A stretch of 64,000 nucleotides of DNA from Chrysomallon squamiferum (taxonomy: Eukaryota > Animalia > Mollusca). Location: the NCBI GenBank assembly GCA_012295275.1, contig CM022672.1, positions 35,526,001 to 35,590,000 on the forward strand, read 5' to 3'. The position numbers were made by a program, and so were the translations under genes. Shown piece after piece: positions 18,149 to 32,660 of this stretch. The notes below the pieces were generated by a model. The model saw only the letters and a program-made list of their open reading frames with translations, was not told the origin of the DNA and ran no database searches. Positions within the stretch are counted from its first letter, which is position 1, and each line of letters opens with the position of its first letter.

Positions 18149-21100
18149 CTACCACTGACGACTGTTCATGAACTGTTCAACGTCCTTGAAAACCTCGTCC
18201 ACACTGCCGTCTGCCGCAATCTGAAAACATCATCATAATAATAAATAATATATATATATATATATATAAACATGAACCTCACACACACGTTATAACATAG
18301 TCACACACACACACACTGACACACACACACACACTGACACACAGACAAACATACACAGACACACACACACACACTGACACACAGACAATATTATACTATA
18401 CAGACATACACACACTGACACACAGACACATATTATACTATACAGACATACACACACACAGATGCAGAGAGACATATCGGTAGATACACAAGGAAATGCT
18501 ATGTGTTGTAAAAGAACTCTTTCTAGAAGACAGTAGTATCTCCTACAAGATAAACCTATATCTTGTTATATAAGACAATGCTATGTGTTGTAAAAGAACT
18601 GTTTCTAGAAGAGAGTAGTATCTCCTACAAGATAAACCTATATCTTGTTATATAAGACAATGCTATGTGTTGTAAAAGAACTCTTTCTAGAAGAGAGTAG
18701 TATCTCCTACAAGATAAACCTATATCTTGTTATATAAGACAATGCTATGTCTCATGAGTATACTATGTGCTATAACAAAAAACAGTTTTCTTAATATAAT
18801 ATAAAATAGATTGTTATATCCTATAATAAAACAGTATATCTTATAACTAAATTATTGTTGCTTCTTTATGTGAATACTCTACAAAAGGACTGCTTTCTAT
18901 AACACAGTACTCTACAAAATAACTGCTCTATCCTATAACTATGTTTTATAATAAAATACTAAACTGAATAACTAAATATTATATTCTATATAAGAAATAC
19001 TGTATGCTGTACAAAAGATACAGAGAATACCGTCTCCTACAAGATAAACCTAGATATAAGACAATACTATCTGCTGTACAGATACAGAGAATACCGGCAA
19101 ACTGCTGTACAGATACAGAGAAAACCTGTTTCTAGAAGAGAGTAGTATCTCCTACAAGATAAACCTATACTTGTTATATAAGACAATGAGAGAAAAGAAC
19201 TGTTTCTAGAAGAGAGTTTCTCCTACAGATACAGATATAAGAAATGCTACTGTTTCTAGAAGAGAGTCTGATAAACCTATATCTTACAGATACAGAGAAT
19301 ACCGTCTGCTGTACAGTATACAGAAGATAAACCTATAAACCTCTGCTGTACAGATACAGTGTTGTTAATACCTGTCTGCTGTACAGATACAGAGAATATA
19401 TAAGACCGTCTGCTATGTGCTACAGAAAACAGTTTTTCTTAGAATAAAATAGATTGTTATATCTGCTTTACAGCTTCTTTATGATACAGAGAATACCGTC
19501 TGCTGTACAGATACAGAGAATACCGTCTGCTGCACAGATACAGAGAATACCGTCTGCTGTACAGATACAGAGAATACTGTCTGCTGTACAGATACAGAGA
19601 ATACCGTCTGCTGTACAGATACAGAGAATACCGTCTGCTGTACAGATACAGAGAATACCGTCTGCTGTACAGATACAGAGAATACCGTCTGCTGTACAGA
19701 TACAGAGAATACCGTCTGCTTTACAGATACAGAGAATACCGTCTGCTTTACAGATACAGAGAATACCGTCTGCTGTACAGATACAGAGAATACCGTCTGC
19801 TGTACAGATACAGGGAATACCGTCTGCTGTACAGATACAGAGAATACCGTCTGCTGTACAGATACAGAGAATACCGTCTGCTGTACAGATACAGAGAATA
19901 CCGTCTGCTGTACAGATACAGATACAGATAAAGAATACCGTCTGCTGTACAGATACAGAGAATACCGTCTGCTTTACAGATACAGAGAATACCGTCTGCT
20001 GTACAGATACAGAGAATACCGTCTGCTGTACAGATACAGAGAATACCGTCTGCTGTACAGATACAGAGAATACCGTCTGCTGTACAGATACAGAGAATAC
20101 CGTCTGCTGCACAGATACAGGAATACCGTCTGCTGTACAGATACAGAGAATACCGTCTGCTGTACAGATACAGAGAATACCGTCTGCTGTACAGATACAG
20201 AGAATACCGTCTGCTGTACAGATACAGAGAATACTGTCTGCTTTATAGATACAGAGAATACTGTCTGCTGTACAGATACAGAGAATACCGTCTGCTGTAT
20301 ACATACAGGGAATACTGTCTGCTTTATAGATACAGAGAATACTGTCTACTTTATAGATACAGGGAATACTGTCTGCTGTACAGATACAGGGAATACTGTC
20401 TACTTTACAGATATAGGGAATACTGTCTGCTATACAGATACAGGGAATACTGTCTACTTTATAGATACAGGGAATACTGTCTGCTGTACAGATACAGGGA
20501 ATACTGTCTACTTTACAGATATAGGGAATACTGTCTGCTGTACAGATACAGGGAATACTGTCTGCTGTATAGATACAGGGAATACTGTCTGCTGTACAGA
20601 TACAGGGAATACTGTCTGCTGTACAGATACAGGGAATACTGTCTGCTGTACAGATACAGGGAATACTGTCTGCTGTACAGATACAGGGAATACTGTCTGC
20701 TGTACAGATACAGAGAATACTGTCTGCTGTACAGATACAGGGAATACTGTCTGCTGTACAGATACAGAGAATACTGTCTGCTGTATAGATACAGGGAATA
20801 CTGTCTGCTTTACAGATATAGGGAATACTGTCTGCTGTACAGATACAGGGAATACTGTCTGCTGTATAGATACAGGGAATACTGTCTGCTGTACAGATAC
20901 AGGGAATACTGTCTGCTGTACAGATACAGGGAATACTGTCTGCTGTACAGATACAGAGAATACTGTCTGCTGTATAGATACAGGGAATACTGTCTACTTT
21001 ACAGATACAGAGAATACTGTCTGCTGTACAGATACAGGGAATACTGTCTACTTTACAGATACAGAGAATACTGTCTGCTGTACAGATACAGAGAATACTG

Positions 21101-22652
21101 TCTCCTGTACAGATAAAGGGAATACTTGTTTACTTTATAGATACAGGGAATACTGTCTGCTGTACAGATACAGGGAATATTGTTTACTGCACAGAGAGAG
21201 TACTGTGTACTCACTTTGACAACTTTGTCTTTCTCTGTGTAGTAGTCGATGACAGGCTGCGTCTGGTTGTGGAATGTCTCTAAACGTCTGACAATCGTCT
21301 CCTCGTTGTCATCCACGCGTCCGCTCGTCTTTCCTCGCTCCAGAAGTCGACTCTTCATAGTCTGATCAGATGTGTGGAAGAACAGAACTGCAGTACACTC
21401 TACAATCTGAAACACAAACTTAGTCTGATCAGATGTGTGGAAGAACAGAACTGCAGTACACTCTACAATCTGAAACACAAACATAGTCTGATCAGATGTG
21501 TGGAAGAACAGAACTGCAGTACACTCTACAATCTGAAACACAAACATAGTCTGATCAGATGTGTGGAAGAACAGAACTGCAGTACACTCTACAATCTGAA
21601 ACACAAACATAGTCTGATCAGATGTGTGGAAGAACAGAACTGCAGTACACTCTACAAATTGAAACACAAACATAGTCTGATCAGATGTGTGGAAGAACAG
21701 AACTGCAGTACACTCTACAATCTGAAACACAAACATAGTCTGATCAGATGTGTGGAAGAACAGAACTGCAGTACACTCTACAATCTGAAACACAAACATA
21801 GTCTGAACAGATGTGTGGAAGAACAGAACTGCAGTACACTCTACAATCTGAAACACAAACATAGTCTGAACAGATGTGTGGAAGAACAGAACTGCAGTAC
21901 ACTCTACAATCTGAAACACAAACTTACCTAATGCATTCACAATGTCGTTTTTAACAAGTAAGTCAGGGATAATATAGATTTTATCTCAAAACTTTTAAAT
22001 TACAGATTAGAGACAGAGATGAATTGTTAAATTGTCTCTGAGAAGAAACTAGTTTAGGCTGTGTAAGTTGTATAAAATATAACAAACCTCGTTTTCAAAT
22101 CTCTTGCCCTGTTCCAGGTCCCGAGGGTAGCCATCGATGAGAAAACACTTTGTGTCAGCCACTTTAGACTCCATCGCTTCTCGTAGCAGCGTCAGAACAA
22201 CATCCTGATAAATAATAATAAAATAGAGTCTGGACAATAAATTACATTTCCAGATTTAAAAGAAAACGATCTTGATTTATACATTTCAAGTATACATTGT
22301 AAGTGCATATAATGTATTAAGGACATGCTGTTTTATTTGTTAGGGTGTGTTTGAGTATTCGTTTCTGTTTGTGTGTTTTAAATAAAACAAAATTAATACA
22401 ACAAAGATGTCAAACATAAGTGGCACTTTTATTGAAAGCAATGTTATTTTTTTTTCTAAAGCAATGTTACTATTTTTTTGCTAATTTTTGATGACTAGAC
22501 TTATGACATGTTAGGTAACATGAAACACTGGACATAAGATTACTCTATTTAAAACGTATGTTTTCTGTGTTTTAAACATAAATTTTTCATTGATGTAGCT
22601 CTCTATTCTCATATAATACTATAACAATCCACGTAGCTGCTAGCTATTCATG

Positions 22653-22701
<49 letters not shown>

Positions 22702-23424
22702 GTGAGTGTGTGTGTTTGCGTTTATGCTTCAGTGGATCTGAATGTGTGTGTGTGTGTGTGTCTGTATGTATGTTTGTGTGCACTCCATTCTGAAATGAGA
22801 TGCCTAGCAGCCACAAAGTTAAAATATTCACACAGTTTGTGATAAACTGACCAGTGAAACAAGTTCTCCTTTCTCCATGATGTCGTTCAGTTTCTTGCCT
22901 CTCTCAGTTCCAGACGAAACCTCGGCTCGCAGGAGGTCGCCAGACGACAGGTGACAGAATCCATATTTCTCTACAATCTTACTGCACTGTGTTCCTTTAC
23001 CACTGCCAGGCCCACCTTAACACAAACATACACAGTTACCTATCATACAGGTGACAGAATCCATATTTCTCTACAATCTTACTGCACTGTGTTCCTTTAC
23101 CACTGCCAGGCCCACCTTAACACAAACATACACAGTTACCTATCATACAGGTGACAAAATCCATATTTCTCTATCTTACTGCACTGTGTTCTTTTACCAC
23201 TGCCAGACCCACCTTAACACAAATTGATACACATTATACCTGCAGTTATCTGTTATACAGATCAAGTAAAAAAAAATATATAAATAATTTGTAGTTTGCT
23301 GTGAAAATTGAATAATTAAATTTTAACATTAAAAATCAGTATTTAAAAAGTTAATTTTTTATTGTGTGTGTGTATATCTTTGTGTTTGTCTGTTATTGTA
23401 TTCAGTAAAAAAATACATTGACTG

Positions 23425-23465
<41 letters not shown>

Positions 23466-23581
23466 ATGTGTGTGACATGTGTATGAATACAGTCAACGTA
23501 CTTTCATACTGAATATAAATTTCAACATACCAACAACAAAAAGCACTTTCAAATCCTTCAGTGCTTTCTTCTCACTTTTCT
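18149..23581 (-). CDS. AK domain 5 exons (terminal, ends ...EQFMNSRQW*)
   Basis: Exons 23531-23581, 22852-23015, 22088-22204, 21215-21406, 18149-18220, with intact motifs and a TAG at 18149-18151. Confidence 0.9.
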
Positions 23582-23782
23582 CTGTAAATACAAAAATATA
23601 AAATTATTTTCATAGTGTAAGTATTGCAAGTAAATTTAAAAAACAATTAAAATAATATCTAGAGACGATTGTTTAACAAGTGTGTGTGTGTATGTGTGTG
23701 TGTGTGTATGTATGTATGTGTGTGTGTATGTATGTATGTGTGTATGTATGTGTGTGTGTGTGTATGTGTGTGTGTGTATGTA

Positions 23783-23813
<31 letters not shown>

Positions 23814-24926
23814 GTGTGTGTATATGTGTGTGTGCATGTATGTGTGTATGTATATGTGCGTGTATGTGTGTATGTGTGTGTGTGTATGTATGTATGTATG
23901 TATATGTGTGTGTGTATGTGTGTGTGTATGTATGTATTTGTGTGTGTGTATGTGTGTGTGCGTGTGTGTGTGTATGTATGTATGTGTGTGTGTGTATGTA
24001 TGTATGTATGTATGTATGTATGTATGTATGTATGTATGTATGTATGTATGTATGTATGTATGTATGTATGTACGTATGTATGTATGTTCGTTGTTTATTT
24101 ATTGTAATTAACAGACAGGATCACAAACCTCCCTCAGAAAACGTTTCATCGAAAACTTTGACGACCTCCGCAAATATCTCATCCACTGTTCCATCTGCTG
24201 AAATCTGTAAAACAAAACTAAATTAGTTGTGTAAAGGAGAATAATAAAAAAAAAAACTAAACAAAGTGACATCAGAAATAATAATAAAAAAAAAAAAGTA
24301 AATTAGCTGTGTATGGAGATAAAGTGACATCAGAAATAATAATAAAAAAACAAAACTAAACAAAGTGACAAAAACATCATAAAAACAAAAGGAAAAGTAA
24401 CATAAAAAACAAAACGAAAGGAGACAAAGTGACATCAGAAATAATAATAAAAAAAACAAAACGAAATTAAAGTGACATCAGAAATAATAATAAAAAACAA
24501 AAGGAGACAAAGTGACATCAGAAATAATAATAAAAAACAAAACTAAATTAGTTGTGTCTGGAGATAAAGTGACATCAGCTACAGTTAAATTAATTGTGCC
24601 TGTGGGAATACATTAGCACAACAAATATTTTCTTGATATTTTATAATTTATCATCGTGTAAGTTGGGAATATTGTAAGTTGACTTGTTATCTAAGAATTG
24701 TTAATTGCTCTAAGACAACAGGGTTATAAAAATTAATTTTTTCTCATATGTAATAACAACTTTTAATAAGAAAAGGAGAAATGTTTAAAATCACTAATAA
24801 TCTTTGTAAATTTCATTCATTAAATAAACATAATTCATATTTTGAAATCTATTTTATATCTAGGAGCTTATAATCTTCTGATAAAATTCTAACTGTTCAT
24901 AAAAGATTCAGCAAATAAACAAAATA

Positions 24927-24977
<51 letters not shown>

Positions 24978-26429
24978 CTAAAAAAACATTCTGATCAGAT
25001 CAGCTATAAAAATGTTGTTTAAAAATAAGAAAAAAAATATTTCTAAAAATTCGCCTCTAGAGATTTTTTATTTGTATTTACAATACATCATTAATATCCA
25101 TGTAGATAATGGGAAAGAAAGAAAAATACAAAACAAACAAGTGAGCAGGTATACACAGCAAACAATCAAAACAAATTCGTAAATTTTCACTAAGTTTTGA
25201 AGATATCAGTTTTCTGTATGGCTCATTAACAAACATTATAAAATTTACCTTTCTGACTTTGTTCTGCTTCTCGTAGTAGTCTATGACAGGTGTTGTGACG
25301 TCATGGAAAGTTTTCAGTCTTTTTTTAATCGTCTCTTCGTTGTCGTCCACGCGTCCGCTTGTCTTAGCTCTGTCCAGCAGTCGTGACGTCATAGTCTCGT
25401 CAGACGTGTCGAAATACAACACAAGCCGAGCTGGGGCAACCTGGAACATAAAATACAACACAAGATGAGCTGAGGCAACCTGAAACATAAACACATCAAA
25501 ATACAACACAAGCTGATATGTGTACATAAGTATGTGTGTCTAAATATAATTTAAAAAAAGCAAAAACACACAAAATAAATGTACTGCAGCCAGTTTCACT
25601 TTCTTTTTGCCTAAAAAGATTTAATGTTTTTTTCCCTTTATTTTATTATTATTTTTTTTTTTTTAAATAAATGTGTGAAATCTTTATGTTCAAACCTCGT
25701 TTTCAAATCGTTTGCCTTGTTCTAACTCGCGTGGGTAGCCGTCGATGAGAAACCCTTTACTGGACGACGCCTTCACCTCCATCGCTTCACGCAGCAGCTC
25801 CAACACAGTGTCCTACAGAGACAACACAAACATTTCATTTATCCTACACTTTAGTCAACACAGTGTCCTACAGAAACAACACAAACATTTCATTTATCCT
25901 ACACTTTAATCAACACAGTGTCCTACATAGACAACACAAACATTTCATTTATCCTATACTTTAATCAACACAGTGTCCTACAGAGACAACACAAACATTT
26001 CATTTATCCTACACTTTAATCAACACAGTGTCCTACATAGACAACACAAACATTTCATTTATCCTACACTTTAATCAACATGACCTTCTGAGACAACAAA
26101 AATTTCATTTATCCTAATAATAATAACACAGTGTCCTAATAACAACACAAACATTTCATTTATCCTACCTTTAGTCAACACAGTGTCCTACATAACAACA
26201 AAACATTTCATTTATCCTACACTTTAAACACAGTGTCCAACATAGACAACACAAACATTTCATTTATCCTATCACTTTAGTCAACACAGTTCCTTTGCAG
26301 AGACAACACAAACATTTCATTTATCCTACACTTTAATCAACACAGTGTCCGACATAGACAACACAAACATTTCATTTATCCTACACTTTAATGATAATGA
26401 TGTTCTGGCAATAATAATAATAATAATAA

Positions 26430-26470
<41 letters not shown>

Positions 26471-29400
26471 GTAATCACCATAATAATAATATTAATAACA
26501 ACAACAACAACAGAAATAAGTTACCAAGGAAACCAGTTCTCCTTTTTCCATCACTTCGTTCAGTTGTTTGCCTCGCTCTGACCCGGACGCTACTTCTGCT
26601 CTGAGCAAGTCTCCGCTAGACAAGTGAGTGAATCCGTACTTCTCCACAATCTTATCACACTGAGTGCCTTTCCCACTGCCAGGTCCTCCTACAAACAGTA
26701 CAACAGTACAACATTACTATTACCACCTACAAGTAGTGTACAATCTTATCACACTGAGTGCCTTTCCCACTGCCAGGTCCTCCTACAAACAGTGTACAAT
26801 ATTAGTATTACCTGCAGACCTACAAATAGTGTGCAATATTGCTATTACCTGCAGACCTACAAATAGTGTGCAATATTACTATTACCTGCAGACCTACAAA
26901 TAGTGTGCAATATTATCGCACTGTGTTCCTTTCCCACTGCCAGGCCCACCTGTTAATTATATTTGTTACAAATGAATGAAATACAGAAGACGGTATGTTC
27001 CAGCTTCACCATAAATCAAGGGTTAAGGTTTAGTAAAAACCAGCTACTGAATTCTTGTTTTTTTTATTTACTGACAGTCAGGTTAGTAACAAATGTTGGA
27101 ATAGTAAATATAAAAAGTAGCACACACACAAACACACACACAAACACACACACATACAAACACACACACAAACACACACACAAACACACATACAAACACA
27201 CACACATACATTGACTCATCACACACACACACTCAAAAAACACATCACACACACACTCAAAAAACACATCACACACACACACACACTCACTCACACTGAA
27301 CAAACACAATACTCACACATTCACACATAAAGCCACAACACACACACACACTTACCTACAGAGACAACAGACAAACTGCAGATTGTACTTACCTACAACA
27401 AATACAATCTTGGCATCCTTCAACGAACTGCTTCCTGAAAAAAAAAAAATTACACTAATAAAGTGAATATCTGAATGTCTTAGTTATACAAAATTAAATC
27501 TCAGGATTTTATAGACTTAATTCTTAAACCCATTTTGTCTGACTCACGAATGCTGACGTTTTAACAATGGCAGACGCTGTGATACTGAACTGAGGAAATC
27601 CAGACGTGACAGTCAACTTTATCTCGGTTTACTGTGAGCAGTACAGCAGTCAGTACACCAGGCAGTACAGCATTCAGTACAGCAGTCAGTACAGCAGTCA
27701 GTACAGTAGTCAGTACAGCAGTCAGTACACCAGTCAGAACAGCATTCAGTACAGCAGTCAGTACACCAGGCAGAACAGCATTCAGTACAGCAGTCAGTAC
27801 ACCAGTCAGTACAGCAGTCAGTACAGCAGTCAGTACACCAGTCTGTACAGTAGTCAGTACACCAGTCAAAACAGCAGTCAGAACAGCATTCAGTACAGCA
27901 TTCAGTACAGCAGTCAGTACAGCAGTCAGTACACCAGTCAGAACAGCATTTATAGCAGTCAGTACAGCAGTCAGTCAGAACAGCATTCAGTACCCAGTCA
28001 GTACACCAGGCAGAACAGCATTCAGTACAGCAGTCACTACAGCATTCAGTACAGCAGTCAGTACAGCAGTCAGTACAGCAGTCAGAACAGCATTCAGTAC
28101 CCAGTCAGTACACCAGGCAGTACAGCATTCAGTACCCAGTCAGTACAGCAGGCAGTACAGCATTCAGTACACCAGTCTGTACAGCAGTCAGTACACCAGT
28201 CAGTACAGCAGTCAGTACACCATTCAGTACCCAGCCAGTACACCAGTCTGTACACCAGTCAGTACACCAGGCAGTACACCATTCAGTACACCATTCAGTA
28301 CCCAGTCAGTACAGCAGTCAGTACACCAGTCAGTACACCATTCAGTACACCACTCAGTACACCATTCAGTACCCAGTCAGTACACCAGGCAGTACACCAT
28401 TCAGTACCCAGTCAGTACACCAGGCAGTACAGCAGGCAGTACAGCAGGCAGTACAGCAAGCAGTACACCAGGCAGTACGCCATTCAGTACCCAGCCAGTA
28501 CACCAGGCAGTACACCATTCAGTACCCAGTCAGTACACCAGTCAGTACACCATTCAGTACCCAGTCAGTACACCAGGCAGTACTGCATTAAGTACAGCAT
28601 TCAGTACATCAATCAGTACATCAGTCAGTACACCATTCAGTACCCAGTCAGTACAGCAGGCAGTACAGCATTCAGTACACCAATCAGTACACCAGTCAGT
28701 ACACCATTCAGTACCCAGTCAGTACACCATTCAGTACCCAGCCAGTACACCAGGCAGTACACCATTCAGTACCCAGTCAGTACACCAGCCAGTACACCAC
28801 GCAGTACACCAGGCAGTACAGCATTCAGTACAGCATTCAGTACACCAGTCTGTACACCAGTCAGTACACCAGTCAGTACAGCAGTCAGTACACCAGTCAG
28901 TACAGTAGTCAGTACAGTAGGCAGTACAGCAGTCAGTACACCAGTCAGTATAGCAGTCAGTACACCAGTCAGTACAGGAATTTTACATTCATTAACAAGC
29001 AGGCAGAGCTAAGAATTCAGAATGAAAATTCCATCAAATGATTCTTTACAAATGAGTTGATCAACAAATAGTTGTTTTTTTTTCAGCATAATTAAAATGC
29101 AAACAGAATGAGACTTTTCACTACTGAGATTAACTATAAAGAAATATGCCTGCATGCCGCTTGTTAAAATAGTGAAACCAGAATGTATTAGTTTTACCAT
29201 TAACGTTATATCATGTAAGTAGAAAATAAAATAAAAGAAACTGATTTCAACTCACCTAGTCCTAATTCGGTATCAAAGATTTTTCTCACTTCGGAAAAAA
29301 TTTCATCTACTGAACTTTCTGCAGGAATCTAAAAATAAACATTACTAGTTAAAAAAATACCTTACTATCTAAATATCATCTATATAGATGTGTGTTGGTG

Positions 29401-32400
29401 TATGTGTGTGTTATGTGTGTGTGTTGTTTATGTATTTATAATTTATGTGTGTGTGTATCCGTTTAGGGTGTGTATATGTTTAGGGTGAGTGTGTGTTTAT
29501 ATGTGTGTATATGTGTGTTTTTGTTTAAATTCTTTAAAAGAGGTACTAACACAAATTTAACTAAAATCTAATTATGTTTCTGCACAGAGTATGAACATGT
29601 TTTAGAAACTGATGTATCAAAGAAGTAAACCTATACAAACATTTAACAAAAATTCTTCAACAGGTCATGTATACGCGATTAATCTGGTCAAGTTAATTTC
29701 TGTGATTAGAAAGGGAACAAACAGGTGAAATATCTTGAAATAAACGAGGCACCTCAATACTGCTGTTTTATTGTTTTACTGTATGCAGACACACGTAAAG
29801 ATACTTAGATTTGTAAACAAGTAAAAAGAAGAGATACAAGAAAGGTAAAAACATGTTTACCTGTGTTTTAGAAAATTTACCTTTCTGACTTTGTTCTGCT
29901 TCTCGTAGTAGTCTATGACAGGTGTTGTGACGTCATGGAAAGTTTTCAGTCTTTTTTTAATCGTCTCTTCGTTGTCGTCCACGCGTCCGCTTGTCTTAGC
30001 TCTGTCCAGCAGTCGTGACGTCATAGTCTCGTCAGACGTGTCGAAATACAACACAAGCCGAGCAGGGGCAACCTGGAACATAAACACATCAAAATACAAC
30101 ACAAGCCGAGCTGGAGCAACCTGGAACATAAACACATCAAATACAACACAAGCTGAGCAGGTGCAACCTGGAACATAAACACATCAAAATACAACACAAG
30201 CTGAGCAGGTGCAACCTGGAACATAAACACATCAAAATACAACACAAGCCGAGCAGGTGCAACCTGGAACATAAACACATCAAAATACAACACAAGCTGA
30301 GCAGGTGCAACCTGGAACATAAACACATCAAAATACAACACAAGCTGAGCAGGTGCAACCTGGAACATAAACACATCAAAATACAACACAAGCCGAGCAG
30401 GTGCAACCTGGAACATAAACACATCAAAATACAACACAAGCCGAGCAGATGCAACCTGGAACATAAACACATCAAAATACAACACAAGCTGAGCAGGTGC
30501 AACCTGGAACATAAACACATCAAAATACAACACAAGCTGAGCAGGTGCAACCTGAATAAATTATAAATATCAAGATGTTAAGTAAATTAAGTCTTGAATT
30601 TATTTTATTTTTTATTATACTTGAAGAAAGACTTATATTTTGTTTATTTTAAACAAACCATCATTGTATGAGTTTTTATTTGTTATACATAGAATGTATA
30701 TTCTGATGCTATGATTTTATCTACATGCATTCTATGGTTGTATTTTACTGAATTAGAGCTCTAAATGAAATGAAACATGCCCTGGCACTGTCAAAAATGT
30801 AAGCTATGTTTATACTTTATAATACTATGGACATAACATAATAAAAATAACAATGTCGAATCCTGTTTAATAAATATACTTATTATGAATACAATAAGAA
30901 AATATACCTACATCTCACTGTCAAACAATGCATGTGCACAAACACTCATACACGCATTCACACACAGCATACAGATGCATGCAAACTAACATATGCATTT
31001 GTATTACAAAACTGGACATAATCTGACATGAAACACACACACACACACACACAAACTCATCCATCCCAAACCATACATCTGTATATCACAGATTAAATAC
31101 AAAAATACAGGAATTATAATTTTATATTATTCAAACAGCACATGTATTTTATGAAATAATGGTAATATAATACATAACAATTCCTAAGCCGAAGAATGTT
31201 GAACTATATCAATACTGCACTGGTTTGACTTTCCATTAATTGATTATGCAACATTTTTCTCACTCTAGTTTATATCATATATGCATGTAAATATTTAATT
31301 TACATATATTAAAGAAAAATCAAACTCTCTACAGCATGAGTGACCATAAAGCGACGTTTAAAGAACTTACTTCGTTTTCAAAACGTTTTCCTTGTTCCAG
31401 CTCTCTAGGATATCCGTCTATGAGGAAACCTTTGCTTGTCTTCGCTTTCGACAACATGGCTTCCTTTAACAGCTGCAAAACTGTGTCCTGAGAAAACAGC
31501 AATATTTAAAAATCACATTTCAAAACTAAAATCAGCCGAATGATGATGATGAAATTAAAAAAATGAAATAATACTAAGACAATAGCACTAAATTTGATTT
31601 ATTCTAAAATGATAATGATATTTTTTTCAAAAGGTTAAAAATAAATTCATAACTTTATAAAATGCCGAGATTAATTGAAGCTAACAATAAATAATGACTA
31701 TTGTAACAAAGAAAAAATTAAAATAAAATAAATCCTTATACACTTTTCTAGATAACTGTAGAGCTGGGCAAAGAGAGTAAAGTTTATTTTAAATAATTAT
31801 CCTCAAACATCTAGGTTATTTATTTTACGTCTGCCGCTAACCAGAGGCACTAAGTCTCCTCTCTCCATGATTTCTGTCAGCTGCTTGCCACGCCCTGACC
31901 CTGACTGGACCTCCGCCCTCAGCAAGTCTCCGGTGGAGAGATGAGTGAATCCGTACTTCTCCACAATCTTATCACACTGAGTGCCTTTCCCACTGCCAGG
32001 TCCTCCTACAAACAGTGTACAACATTACTATTACCCAGCCCAATTACAAATAGTATACAATATTACTATTACCAGCTACAAATAGTATACAGTATTACTA
32101 TTACCACCTACAAGTAGTGTACAACATTACTGTTATACACATACATAAAAAAGATATAAATATACAGCATGAATACTGAATATGTTAATATTTTGCCTGA
32201 CATTACTTACATGTGTAGATTTATAAAACTGTTTCTCAGTATAAAACTACAGAAAATGCTAACTTGGTCTACATGTTAAAAACAGAACTGTAGACAGTAT
32301 TACAAAACAAAGCAGTACTTACCAACAACAAAGATAATTTTAGAATCTTTTAGAGTTGGCTCTGAAAATAACAATAATTCTTTATAAATAACAACAACAA

Positions 32401-32402
32401 CA

Positions 32403-32441
<39 letters not shown>

Positions 32442-32627
32442 GTTTTTGTGTGAATGTGTTATTAGTGTAATCACAGTAGAAATATGTGAAAAGGTGTCAG
32501 AGCTAAACATGTGAAATTCTAATTCAAAGAAAAAATATTTCAGTGACCCATGAAGCACAGAACATTTATTTGCCATTAAACCATTTGTCTGTCAAATTCC
32601 TGCAATGAACTTCAGCTACTATATTTT

Positions 32628-32660
<33 letters not shown>

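Noticed and set aside
19454-20304. 264-aa and 278-aa ORFs on both strands
   Set aside because: A 27-bp satellite that is absent from the duplicate copy of the same intron.
23669-24226. CV-rich ORFs here and at 46516-46911, plus other LLLL/NNNN/RERE/IYLF ORFs
   Set aside because: Translations of simple (TG)n, (TATG)n, (AAT)n, (AG)n and (TAAA)n microsatellites.
27351-27365. ctgtag|gtaagt recursive-splice-like site
   Set aside because: Only 37 nt from the upstream donor, which is too short for recursive splicing. As an alternative donor it frameshifts.
27606-29012. 468-aa and 424-aa Ser/Gln/Tyr/Thr-rich ORFs resembling a structural or adhesive protein
   Set aside because: A 12-bp satellite inside an AK intron. 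It is open in several frames, with no credible start, signal peptide or splice context.
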